Assembly: GCA_040752695.1 (NCBI GenBank) | Contig: JBFMGO010000122.1 | Coordinates: forward strand, 1 to 17,058 | DNA length: 17,058 nt | Reading direction: 5' to 3' | From: a bacterium | Lineage (GTDB): Bacteria > SZUA-182 > DTGQ01 | In this document: one piece after another, positions 8,273 through 16,149 of the stretch | Layout: every line of letters starts with the position of its first letter | Numbering within the stretch: position 1 is the first letter of the stretch | Program-made: the position numbers and the translations under genes | The notes under the pieces: model-generated | What the model was told of the DNA's origin: nothing | The model's database searches: none | What the model saw: the letters and a program-made list of their open reading frames with translations, nothing else

Positions 8273-9163
8273 ATGAAAAGAGTAATCAAGGCCATAGCAT
8301 CACTCAAGGTCACAGTATTACTCAAGGCCGTTGTCATGGTCAGCTTTTTTAGTTTATACTCATTGTCCTTTATTTCTGCAACCCAGGGGCAATGGTATTC
8401 AACAAATCAATTTTCGACCGTTACCATAAACTTCAACTATTATGCTCCTCCCCAGGGTTTTCTTTTCCCAGGCAGTGCTCTTTATGAGCAATCCGGTTAT
8501 TATCTCAGCCCCTTTGCTCCGTATGGATATTGCGGCAATCCTTCTGACATATGGTATCATAACTGCTCTGGCGGACCTTATGGACCTTATGGGCCTTACG
8601 GCTATAGCTGGTCATCTCTTTCTAGCTGGTATGGCTGGCCTTATAGCTGGTGCGGCAATGGATCATTATACACTTTGCCTTTTACGGTCACTGCCTATAC
8701 TTTATTGAATGCTGCTCAGGCTGGTGCCGATAATGCCGGTACCTCAACTCCTCCTCCCTCTCAAGATGAGGGATCTTCCACTCCTGCTGCTCTCATTATT
8801 CCTTCTGCTCTCCCATCCTCGATGAAAGGTTACGAGCTCTATAGCTGGCCGGATGGAGGTGATTGGCATTTTACCTTGATTACTGGAACTAATCGGCTCA
8901 AATCGTATACAGAAATCACCTCAACCGAAGATATCGTTACCGAAAATGGGTGGGTGAAAGTTACCGTAAAAGGAGTGGATTTAGTTAAGGCGGTTTTGAG
9001 CCGGTTACCAAAAGGAGAATATGTATTCTGGATAGGCAGTAACTGGCTTAAGCAGGTGGGCGGGGCAACAAGTGGTAATCTGGCCCTTCCTGATCAGGAG
9101 GTAATTGATACCCTGAAGATGCATTGCAATGCATTGAATCTTGAGTTGTATGTTTCGTCTTAA
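8273..9163 (+). CDS. Predicted secreted hypothetical protein: Tyr/Gly/Pro/Trp-rich N-terminal region, Pro/Ser linker, globular C-terminal domain
   Basis: GAGGT RBS precedes ATG 8273. The signal-like N-terminus ends ...ISATQG|QWY and is followed by GPY repeats, a TPPPSQ linker and a C-terminal domain starting SMKGYELYSWP. Confidence 0.75.
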   Translation: MKRVIKAIASLKVTVLLKAVVMVSFFSLYSLSFISATQGQWYSTNQFSTVTINFNYYAPPQGFLFPGSALYEQSGYYLSPFAPYGYCGNPSDIWYHNCSGGPYGPYGPYGYSWSSLSSWYGWPYSWCGNGSLYTLPFTVTAYTLLNAAQAGADNAGTSTPPPSQDEGSSTPAALIIPSALPSSMKGYELYSWPDGGDWHFTLITGTNRLKSYTEITSTEDIVTENGWVKVTVKGVDLVKAVLSRLPKGEYVFWIGSNWLKQVGGATSGNLALPDQEVIDTLKMHCNALNLELYVSS

Positions 9164-9197
9164 TTAAGGATTGAATCTTGAGTTGTATCTTTCGCCT
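9133..9197. repeat. 28-bp duplication of the 3' end of the 8273-9163 gene
   Basis: ATTGAATCTTGAGTTGTATGTTTCGTCT (9133-9160) versus ATTGAATCTTGAGTTGTATCTTTCGCCT (9170-9197), flanking the TAA. Confidence 0.9.
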
Positions 9198-9500
9198 CGA
9201 TCAGGGGGGATACTTTGCCATTCTCTCTTGAGCAAGGTTATATGCGAGTTAAAAGTTTCTGCATAAAAGATAATAGTGGTTATCTCCCTGAAAATTAATG
9301 TAATTTTTGAGATTATGGCAGTATGTGAACTGTTTTTCCTACTGAGTGACAAAGAATTGCATAATTGTCCCCTACGTAATCCTTTCCGGTCTGTGCGAAG
9401 GTTCGGAAATATTTTTTATTTTTATCTTATAATATAGTTTTTTTGTTATATAATTATTATCTATTAAAGATAGAAGGAGAAAAGGAAGGTAAAAGAGCCT

Positions 9501-9517
9501 TTGGCATGGTATTTGCT
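9501..9517 (+). promoter_or_regulatory. sigma54 (RpoN) -24/-12 promoter
   Basis: TTGGCATGGTATTTGCT has exact GG-N10-GC spacing and closely matches TGGCACG-N4-TTGCW. It is intergenic and preceded by a very AT-rich tract. Confidence 0.7.
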
Positions 9518-9764
9518 CTAAAATATAAGCTATATCGTGCTGTAAGCAGGCTTATACCCTTTCGGGAGAACCAATCTAGTACTACTGTTCAGTCAAGCGA
9601 GAATCTATCCAAAAAGTCCAGGAAGATTACATCAGCATTGGGAGTATATCCACCTTTCGGATAGACATGAAATAAACCTCTTGAGGTTGAACTATCGAAA
9701 AGTCAATAGTTCTACCGTGAAAACTTAGTTTAAGAGATTGACTTTACTGAAAAAGGAACATCCG

Positions 9765-9798
9765 TTTTCATCCTTGGGGGTGAAAAAAGCTTTTTTCA
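9765..9798 (+). terminator. Putative intrinsic terminator / palindrome
   Basis: Hairpin TTTTCATCC-TTGG-GGGTGAAAA (9765-9786) is followed by a T6 run at 9791-9796. It overlaps the perfect palindrome TGAAAAAAGCTTTTTTCA (9781-9798). Confidence 0.45.
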
Positions 9799-9928
9799 TG
9801 AATGCTTAGGTGGCATAATACACTGAAGAGTTGAATAATATTTATTGGAATCTTCCATAATAGCTAAATGGTATTTTTTGCTGAATAGCATTATCATAGT
9901 TTGGATAAATGTTTATCGTGGGTATCGA

Positions 9929-10414
9929 ATGAAGTTGTCGAGTGGTGTTCATAGGCCAGGCCCCCTGCTCCTGCGGGCAGTATTAGTGGGTTTTATCTGC
10001 GTTCTGAGTTTACTTGATGCACCGGAATACATTCGCTGTAATCATGTCGGCGTTTGCGAATTCCTAGAGGTTTGCGTAGATACATCTGATACGCGAAAGC
10101 TTGAAAATTTCCTGGATTTCATGGACAGGCTCTCTCATCATACCCTGTCTGGCAATGGTTCCTTGAGACGACTTTTCCAGTTTTTCTCCAGGTTAAGAAA
10201 TATAATTTATGAAATTTTTACTCAAAATTTTTCTTGTTCATCCTTTTTTTCAATCTTGTGCAGGTGTGTCAGTCCTGCCTATCGACTCCTTTGCCCTTCA
10301 TCAGGGCCAGGGATCAAGATTCCTTTAGAGAAAGAGCCGAGCCTTCCTTCCAAAGAAAGCAATTTGCTTTCGCTATCGCTTCAGATCATAACCACTTCTA
10401 TTATCAAATCCTGA
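9929..10414 (+). CDS. Hypothetical Cys-rich protein with an N-terminal hydrophobic segment
   Basis: 161-aa ORF from ATG 9929 with hydrophobic LLLRAVLVGFICVLSLL and several Cys/His residues. The RBS is weak and no family is recognised. Confidence 0.45.
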   Translation: MKLSSGVHRPGPLLLRAVLVGFICVLSLLDAPEYIRCNHVGVCEFLEVCVDTSDTRKLENFLDFMDRLSHHTLSGNGSLRRLFQFFSRLRNIIYEIFTQNFSCSSFFSILCRCVSPAYRLLCPSSGPGIKIPLEKEPSLPSKESNLLSLSLQIITTSIIKS

Positions 10415-10549
10415 GTCATTACCCCCTGGGAATATATCCGTTCGATCAGTACCCTTGCCTCATATCAGCTATCTTGAGGAGGCAGAGGATATATCAGATA
10501 CTCTCATAGTTGCCTATTTTTTGCGGTTGAGCCTAACTTACTGAAAAAT

Positions 10550-10648
10550 TGAATTCCCACTTACGCGGGAATGACGAACTTACGCGGGAATAATGAAATG
10601 GTGGTGCTCGTTGTATTCCTTCATCATTCCTGCGAAAGCAGGAATTCA
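10550..10648. repeat. Inverted pair of ATTCC-N-GGAAT palindromic REP-like units (dRS3/RPE-like architecture)
   Basis: TGAATTCCCACTTACGCGGGAATGA (10550-10574) and TCATTCCTGCGAAAGCAGGAATTCA (10624-10648) are each hairpins and are inverted copies of each other. A partial extra copy, ACTTACGCGGGAAT, starts at 10578. Confidence 0.8.
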
Positions 10649-10712
10649 GTAAAGATACATTAAAAAATAAATAGGATTTTCTTAGTACACAGGGCGTTAA
10701 ATACGTTGCCAA

Positions 10713-10784
10713 GTTTGTAAGGGCAGGCTCTTTGTGCCTGTCATTGCCCATACCGGACGGCCACAGGGGGCCGCTCCTACAAAC
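10713..10784. repeat. GTAG-family REP doublet (REPIN-like)
   Basis: Left unit GTAAGGGCAGGC-TCTTTGT-GCCTGTC (10717-10742). Inverted right unit GGACGGCCACAGGGGGCCGCTCCTAC (10755-10780, ending CTAC). Outer arms GTTTGTA/TACAAAC. Confidence 0.75.
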
Positions 10785-10866
10785 TGGCTGCGTATTTCCC
10801 GTGGCCTGTATTTATGAGGTTAGCAGCATGGAACACGTTCGTTATGTCAAGAGTAAGGAGAGTACC

Positions 10867-11394
10867 ATGAAATTTTCTTCAAAATGCATGTTCGTAGGTA
10901 TGGTGATAGTGACAGCCAGCATTATGCAATGTCTGATATCCGCACCTCGTGCAGGAGCACAAGTTCCTTTTCTTCCAGGCTATTATAATTCGTATAATTT
11001 CGTAGTACCGTTTGTAAATTACGGATATCCGCTTACCAGCGGTCTTTACAGCAATCCCTATGGGGGATGGGGAATGACGAACCTCCACCCTTTTACAGCA
11101 AGTCCCTACACGGCTTTATCTCCAACCGGATATTATGGAAACAGTCTCGTGTCTCCCTTCTCTTTCCAGAGTGTAATCCAGCCCCTCATGGAAGCCTTCA
11201 GTATATATAACTATTTACAATATTCAATAAATTTTTACGAGATAGCCCGAGATGTCCCTCTCCTCTATCTAAGGGACCCGGAAGCCGATCAACTTGGTGC
11301 CCTGATGTATAGCTATGCGAATAGTCTTGGGGTATCACCCCAGGAAGCTGTGCTCTATTTTATCAGGGATATTTATTTTTCTCAGCCCCAATAG
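10867..11394 (+). CDS. Predicted secreted Tyr/Pro/Gly-rich hypothetical protein
   Basis: TAAGGAG RBS precedes ATG 10867; the longer upstream ORF extension runs through the REP. The signal peptide ends AGA|QVPF. The N-terminal half is aromatic and low-complexity, and the C-terminal half looks helical. Confidence 0.8.
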   Translation: MKFSSKCMFVGMVIVTASIMQCLISAPRAGAQVPFLPGYYNSYNFVVPFVNYGYPLTSGLYSNPYGGWGMTNLHPFTASPYTALSPTGYYGNSLVSPFSFQSVIQPLMEAFSIYNYLQYSINFYEIARDVPLLYLRDPEADQLGALMYSYANSLGVSPQEAVLYFIRDIYFSQPQ

Positions 11395-11589
11395 TGACAC
11401 GACTACTTGAATCGAATTGGCCGCTGACCTTATTGCGGCTGTATCAAGGATGGGTAAAGGCAACCTTACTGATGAAGAAAGGAGGGTAGGTTTATACCGC
11501 GTATGAGCAGTATGATTTAAAATCAGGTCTTTTATTTGATGTATATCAATCTTGCTTCAAAGATGATGAAAGGTTAAGGAGAAATAATC

Positions 11590-12144
11590 ATGCGTAGAAC
11601 AAGACTTCTATTGGGTGTAATGGTTTTAAGCCTGGCAGTATGTTTTATCATGGCATCATCAGCAACCGCTCAGTACTGGCAGAGTATGCCTCCATATAAT
11701 GTATTGTGGCCACTGTGGACAGAGACCCTGTCACCTGTGAATCCTCTTACCGGCGCTCCCACCCCATTGGTGACCTCACTTACCAGTTCGACCGTACTGC
11801 CCGTTACACCCTCTTTTATCTGGGATATCGAGGACGCTCATCCCTGGTTTCTTTACAATGCTCCTGCCATCCTGGGCGGCAATCTCTACTTTTTTGATCC
11901 GCTGACTGGCTTCAATACCTTCCCGCCTCCGGATCATATCCTGCCAGGTGGAGTAATTGTCCCTAACACGCTGCCACTCGGTTATGAATTTCTGATTCCG
12001 CCATTTGAGCATGTTGATCTGTTGACCTTGATTGCCAACAACGCATATTCTGCTGCCTTCGGATCATATGCAGGTGCTATACCCTATCTCAGCCTGGTGA
12101 CTCCAGAGGCTCTGTGGGGAATACCTCCATTCCCTGTTTTCTAA
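11590..12144 (+). CDS. Predicted secreted Pro/aromatic-rich hypothetical protein
   Basis: TAAGGAG RBS and a classic Sec signal, MRRTRLLLGVMVLSLAVCFIMASSATA|QYWQSMPPYNVLWPLW. The mature part contains no Lys or Arg. Confidence 0.85.
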   Translation: MRRTRLLLGVMVLSLAVCFIMASSATAQYWQSMPPYNVLWPLWTETLSPVNPLTGAPTPLVTSLTSSTVLPVTPSFIWDIEDAHPWFLYNAPAILGGNLYFFDPLTGFNTFPPPDHILPGGVIVPNTLPLGYEFLIPPFEHVDLLTLIANNAYSAAFGSYAGAIPYLSLVTPEALWGIPPFPVF

Positions 12145-12325
12145 TCTTATATGCTATGAAAGCTGCCCAAGCACGTCATAGATAAGGTAGATTATCTTTA
12201 CTTGCCGCAAGGCTTTGCGGATAAGTACAGGGAAATGGAGGTATCTTGAATTCAATGTGGTATAAATCAACGCCTTTACCCATTCCGTATTTTTATCGGT
12301 ATTCTCACCAGTAAAACAGGTGGAG

Positions 12326-12365
12326 GGGAAGGTCTGTCATACCGTTCGGGTTGATGGGCCTTCCC
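12326..12365 (+). terminator. Strong stem-loop, likely terminator of the secreted-protein genes
   Basis: GGGAAGGTCTGTCA (12326-12339) pairs with TGATGGGCCTTCCC (12352-12365) allowing G-U pairs, and T-rich tracts follow. Confidence 0.6.
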
Positions 12366-12602
12366 ACAGTTTTTACCGGTTTTCCCCAAATTTTCTTTTT
12401 TTTATTGCCTATCAGCGATTTTTTTGATCTAATCACCCTTTTATATATGTCATGTACAATTGCCGTATCATAAGGCACCATTTTACCATGTTACATTTAT
12501 CATGCCATTACATTCATCATGTCACATTTGGCTTTTATTGCGTTGGACGGAACGAAAAGGCTTAAGGTTACGAAAAGCAGAAAAATGACAGGAGGAAACC
12601 CC

Positions 12603-13178
12603 ATGAATTTTAAGGTTAACAGGACAACCGTATCGCTCAAAATCGGAGATATCACCCAAGAATCAGTGGACGCAATCGTCAATGCCGCTAACTCGGCGTT
12701 GCGTGGAGGGGGAGGGGTGGACGGTGCCATCCATCAGGCAGGAGGCCCTGTGATCATGGAAGAATGCCGAAAAATCGGCGGATGTCCTCCCGGAGATGCT
12801 GTCATCACTACAGGAGGAAATCTGCCGAGCCGGTATGTTATTCACACCGTTGGGCCGATCTACGTCACCGGAAAGAAGGGAGAGCCCGAAATCCTGCACA
12901 ATGCATACCTTAACAGCCTTCTTTTGGCGTCCCGGAACAACCTCCGGAGCATCGCTTTCCCTTCCATCAGCACCGGCGTTTACGGTTACCCAATCGAAAA
13001 AGCCTCCAGGATAGCCCTTCAGACCTGCATGGATTACCTGAAAGAGCACCCGGACCTTGTCGATTCCCTTACCTTTGTTCTCTTCAGCCAGAGAGACTAC
13101 GATGCCTATTGCCAGGCACTTAAGGAGCTTTTTCCGGAAATATATCTTGAAGCCATGAAAGCACAAAATGAAGGGTAA
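12603..13178 (+). CDS. ymdB: Macro-domain O-acetyl-ADP-ribose deacetylase (YmdB-like)
   Basis: AGGAGG RBS precedes ATG 12603. Motifs GDIT, DAIVNAAN, GGGGVDGAIH, VIHTVGP and IAFPSISTGVYGYP. Confidence 0.92.
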   Translation: MNFKVNRTTVSLKIGDITQESVDAIVNAANSALRGGGGVDGAIHQAGGPVIMEECRKIGGCPPGDAVITTGGNLPSRYVIHTVGPIYVTGKKGEPEILHNAYLNSLLLASRNNLRSIAFPSISTGVYGYPIEKASRIALQTCMDYLKEHPDLVDSLTFVLFSQRDYDAYCQALKELFPEIYLEAMKAQNEG

Positions 13179-13214
13179 AAGGCATGCCGCCAGGAAAGTA
13201 CATCCACCGCTTAT

Positions 13215-13250
13215 GAGAACCGCTATAAATGAGCGAGAACCGCTATAAAT
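13215..13250. repeat. 16-bp direct repeat (20-bp period) spanning the ppx stop codon
   Basis: GAGAACCGCTATAAAT at 13215-13230 and 13235-13250. The stop codon (CTA on the + strand) is at 13243-13245. Confidence 0.9.
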
Positions 13251-14175
13251 ATGGATTCGGGCTGATTTCATGCCAGATGATTCCTTCCGGCAGCCCTGCA
13301 TCGCTGAGTCTCAACCGGGCAACTCTCAGCGTCTTCATCAAGGTTACCATTATGGCGGCTCCGGCCAGGATAATATCCTCTCTGCCTTTTTCCAGCCCGC
13401 GAATTTTTCCCCTTGCACGAACCGGCATTGAGCGAAGATGGTCGGCCAATTCCTCGAGACTGGCCAGCGGGATAACCGAATTATTGATTCGGTCAGGATC
13501 ATAGCTTCTCTGCCCCTGTTCGATAGTTGCCAGGGTGGTAGCCGTGCCCCCTGTGCCGACGAAATGTGTCTGTGAGTCGGTGCAGACAGGTGGGATGCTT
13601 TCTTCGATAGTGCTTCGGCAAAACTCGGTCATCTGTTCCCACTCGCAGGCGGTGGGAGGGTCATGGAGTAGATATTTCTCGGTAAGCCAGACAGCTCCTA
13701 ACGGTATACTGGAAAAGGAGGGCTTGCCGTGCACGGGGAAAAAAATACATTCACTGCTCCCTCCTCCGATATCGGCAATGGCCAGATTTTTCGGGGAAAG
13801 GCCAAGGGTCTGGGTAACTCCGTAAGAGGTCAGTTTGGCTTCTGCTTCTCCTGAGATGATCTGCACCAAAAGGCCGGTTTCCCTGTGCAGCGATTGCCGC
13901 GCGGATTCTCGATTTTCGGCTTCGCGCCAGACACTGGTTCCCACCAGGATGACCTTTTGTGCACCGAACCTCGCTGCCTCAGATGAAAACTCTTTCACTG
14001 CCTTGACAGCCCGCTGCAAGCTTTCGGGCTGAATCCTTTTTCCCCCGGCGAATCCCTCACCCAGGCGGACAACCAGCCTGTTCCGGTGCAGGATACGGAT
14101 TTTGCGGTCACTTAATTCCTCTGCAACGATAAGCCTGATGGCGTTGGTTCCAAGATCAATGGCGGCATGAATCAT
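13243..14175 (-). CDS. ppx: Ppx/GppA family exopolyphosphatase (short form, no HD domain)
   Basis: Motifs AAIDLGTNAIRL, VRLGEG, GTSVWREAEN, ISGEAEA, DIGGGSSE, GTGGT, REDIILAG and SDAGLPEG. The likely start is ATG 14175 (MIHAAID). Confidence 0.92.
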   Translation of the reverse strand: MIHAAIDLGTNAIRLIVAEELSDRKIRILHRNRLVVRLGEGFAGGKRIQPESLQRAVKAVKEFSSEAARFGAQKVILVGTSVWREAENRESARQSLHRETGLLVQIISGEAEAKLTSYGVTQTLGLSPKNLAIADIGGGSSECIFFPVHGKPSFSSIPLGAVWLTEKYLLHDPPTACEWEQMTEFCRSTIEESIPPVCTDSQTHFVGTGGTATTLATIEQGQRSYDPDRINNSVIPLASLEELADHLRSMPVRARGKIRGLEKGREDIILAGAAIMVTLMKTLRVARLRLSDAGLPEGIIWHEISPNPYL

Positions 14176-14179
14176 AGCC

Positions 14180-14227
14180 TTGAGTATAACCTCATCATCA
14201 CATTTGAGCATAGCCACATCATCACAT
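14180..14227. repeat. 2 x 24-bp tandem repeat immediately upstream of the ppx start
   Basis: TTGAGTATAACCTCATCATCACAT / TTGAGCATAGCCACATCATCACAT. Confidence 0.85.
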
Positions 14228-14371
14228 CTGTCCCTGAGTGTGAAAATTGTGCTCTGTAAAAGTGGAAGAATGCCTTGAGTAAAAGTCCACCCGTGGGTAA
14301 AAGTCGTTCGGCCAAAGGGCGCTGACCTGAGGGACGTCGGATAGACGATGATAAAAAATATGGATAACTAT

Positions 14372-14400
14372 TTGCTTAACCTTATGTTATATTATATAAT
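14372..14400 (+). promoter_or_regulatory. sigma70-type promoter for the glycosyltransferase
   Basis: TTGCTT (14372-14377)-17 nt-TATAAT (14395-14400). Confidence 0.55.
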
Positions 14401-14592
14401 ACGTGTCGGCTGAAGCAAAGAAAAAAAATAAAAGCATTACTGTAAAAAGATAAAAGCTTTACCAATTAAGGAAAGTAAAAACAATGACGGTGCCTTTTTT
14501 CAAGAAAGCAGGGGAGATGTCCGGGAAATATTCTACATTCGATAACCGGACGGGGAACTCCTGTGCAGTGCACCAAGATAGAAGGGAAGGTT

Positions 14593-16038
14593 ATGAAAGA
14601 TAAAAGAACACTGCTGTTTCTTTTTATTATCATCCTGTTAGGAGGGACCCTGCGGTTTGCGAAACTGGATTATCAATCGCTCTGGAATGACGAATTAAGC
14701 AGCCTGAGCAGGACTCGTGCGAGCAGCCTGGTGGAAGTGATCAAAGAGAGCAGGTCGGATGTTCACCCTCCCTTCTACTACTGTTTGCTCTATCTCTGGC
14801 AGAATACATTCGGGAACAGTCCTTTTTCGATACGATTTCTGTCTGCAATTTTCGGGGCACTCAGTATAGTGGCCATTTTTTTCCTTGGCAGGCAATTATA
14901 TTCAGAGCAGGAGGCACTGATCAGTGCCCTGATTTTATCGCTTTCGTTCTATGGCATCTATTATTCCCAGGAGGCGAGAAGCTATAGTCTCCTGCTCTTA
15001 TTATCAATGTGCTCCTACCTGTTTTTCATTAAAATTCAACCGCAGCAGTCCAGGGCAAACGAAAGCAATCTGATTACCTCATATGTATGCTATATACTCT
15101 TCACTACCCTGCTCATATATACGCATTATTTTGGAGTACTGGTCTTTTTTTCCCAGTTTATTTTCATTCTGCTGAGCTCTTTTGTGCAAAAAAGAGAGAA
15201 AGGCTGGTTTAAACCCTTTCTCAGCCAGATTCTTGTTTGCCTCCTTTACCTGCCACAGATTTCAACCATAAGAGCCAACATGAATATCGCCGAAACATGG
15301 ATACGAAAACCACATTTTGATTTCTTTATTCAATACTTCAATAAATACTGGGGCAGTGATGAAGCTTTTTTCCTCCTCGCTTCTCTGTGCATTTTTTGCT
15401 TTTTTTATTTTCGGAGCAAAAAGAGCGAAAAGAACCCCGAACCGGGTTTGAACAGCACGTTGCTGGTTGTGGTCTGGGCGGCTGCACCTCTTATTATCGC
15501 GTATGGCAGGTCGGTCTTTTCAACCCCGATCCTGACAGACAGGAACACGATCATTGTTCTCGCTCCCCTGATTTTAATGATGGCCAGGGGAATTACCAGT
15601 ATAAAAAACAGGGACATCCTGATCGTTTTGATAGCGGCTCTTTCAATTGCGGGATTCTACAGTCTTTTTATAACGAATGAGTACTATTACCGGGTGTCCA
15701 AGGAACAGTTCCGCGAGGTTGCGGATACGGTTATGGAAAACAAAAACATCAGCGAACAATCGCTGATCGTTGCCTGTGCCTGGAATCCCTATTACTTCGA
15801 TTACTTTTTTGAGCAAGCCCAGAGTCCTTTCAGAGTGGATGCCCTGTATGAAAAAAAGGAAGACATTTCGAATCTGGAGGCATTGATTCGGGGATCTCGA
15901 AAAAAATTTTTATGGTATCTTATCGGCCATAAATATCCCTCTCAGGAAGCGCTGCAATACCTGGAAAATAACTATAAGCTCCTGGGCACAAAGCAGTTCA
16001 ATAAGAGCAGCTTCTTTTTGTTCGTCTTGGAGAGATAG
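14593..16038 (+). CDS. GT-C fold membrane glycosyltransferase (PMT/ArnT-like, GT39/GT83 type)
   Basis: Motifs LRFAKLDYQSLWNDE, DVHPPFYY, SIRFLSAIFG, YYSQEARSYSL and YTHYFG, plus many TM segments. RBS GGAAGG precedes ATG 14593. Confidence 0.9.
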   Translation: MKDKRTLLFLFIIILLGGTLRFAKLDYQSLWNDELSSLSRTRASSLVEVIKESRSDVHPPFYYCLLYLWQNTFGNSPFSIRFLSAIFGALSIVAIFFLGRQLYSEQEALISALILSLSFYGIYYSQEARSYSLLLLLSMCSYLFFIKIQPQQSRANESNLITSYVCYILFTTLLIYTHYFGVLVFFSQFIFILLSSFVQKREKGWFKPFLSQILVCLLYLPQISTIRANMNIAETWIRKPHFDFFIQYFNKYWGSDEAFFLLASLCIFCFFYFRSKKSEKNPEPGLNSTLLVVVWAAAPLIIAYGRSVFSTPILTDRNTIIVLAPLILMMARGITSIKNRDILIVLIAALSIAGFYSLFITNEYYYRVSKEQFREVADTVMENKNISEQSLIVACAWNPYYFDYFFEQAQSPFRVDALYEKKEDISNLEALIRGSRKKFLWYLIGHKYPSQEALQYLENNYKLLGTKQFNKSSFFLFVLER

Positions 16039-16110
16039 TCCTGTGAGCTGTTCAGGATGGTCCTGATTAAGGGCAGGTTTTCGTCTCCCTCTTTTAGTAC
16101 AACGAAGCTT

Positions 16111-16149
16111 TCAACCGTCATTCTAAGCCTTCGCTCAGAATGACGTTGA
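16111..16149. repeat. GTCATTCT...AGAATGAC palindromic REP-like remnant or terminator
   Basis: TCAACCGTCATTCTAAGC-CTTC-GCTCAGAATGACGTTGA forms a near-perfect hairpin. Its GTCATT/AATGAC ends resemble those of the 10550 element. Confidence 0.7.

Noticed and set aside
10732..10866. N-terminal extension of the 10867 gene given in the ORF track
   Set aside because: It runs through a REP element, and the strong RBS and signal peptide place the start at 10867.
11450..11495. c-di-GMP-I riboswitch upstream of the 11590 gene (AAAGGCAACC...)
   Set aside because: It lacks the GGCAAA/GAAA tetraloop/ACGCAAA arrangement and the second stem.
12663..13301. 212-aa minus-strand ORF and other antisense or nested ORFs in the track
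   Set aside because: They overlap well-supported genes and carry no recognisable motifs, so they are shadow ORFs.
12603..14175. Macro domain plus Ppx (or NYN) as a toxin-antitoxin or anti-phage system
   Set aside because: The genes are convergent canonical housekeeping forms, and no ADP-ribosyltransferase (DarT) or sirtuin partner is nearby.
14359..14367. DnaA box / oriC (TATGGATAA)
   Set aside because: It is a single mismatched box with no cluster, far from dnaN.
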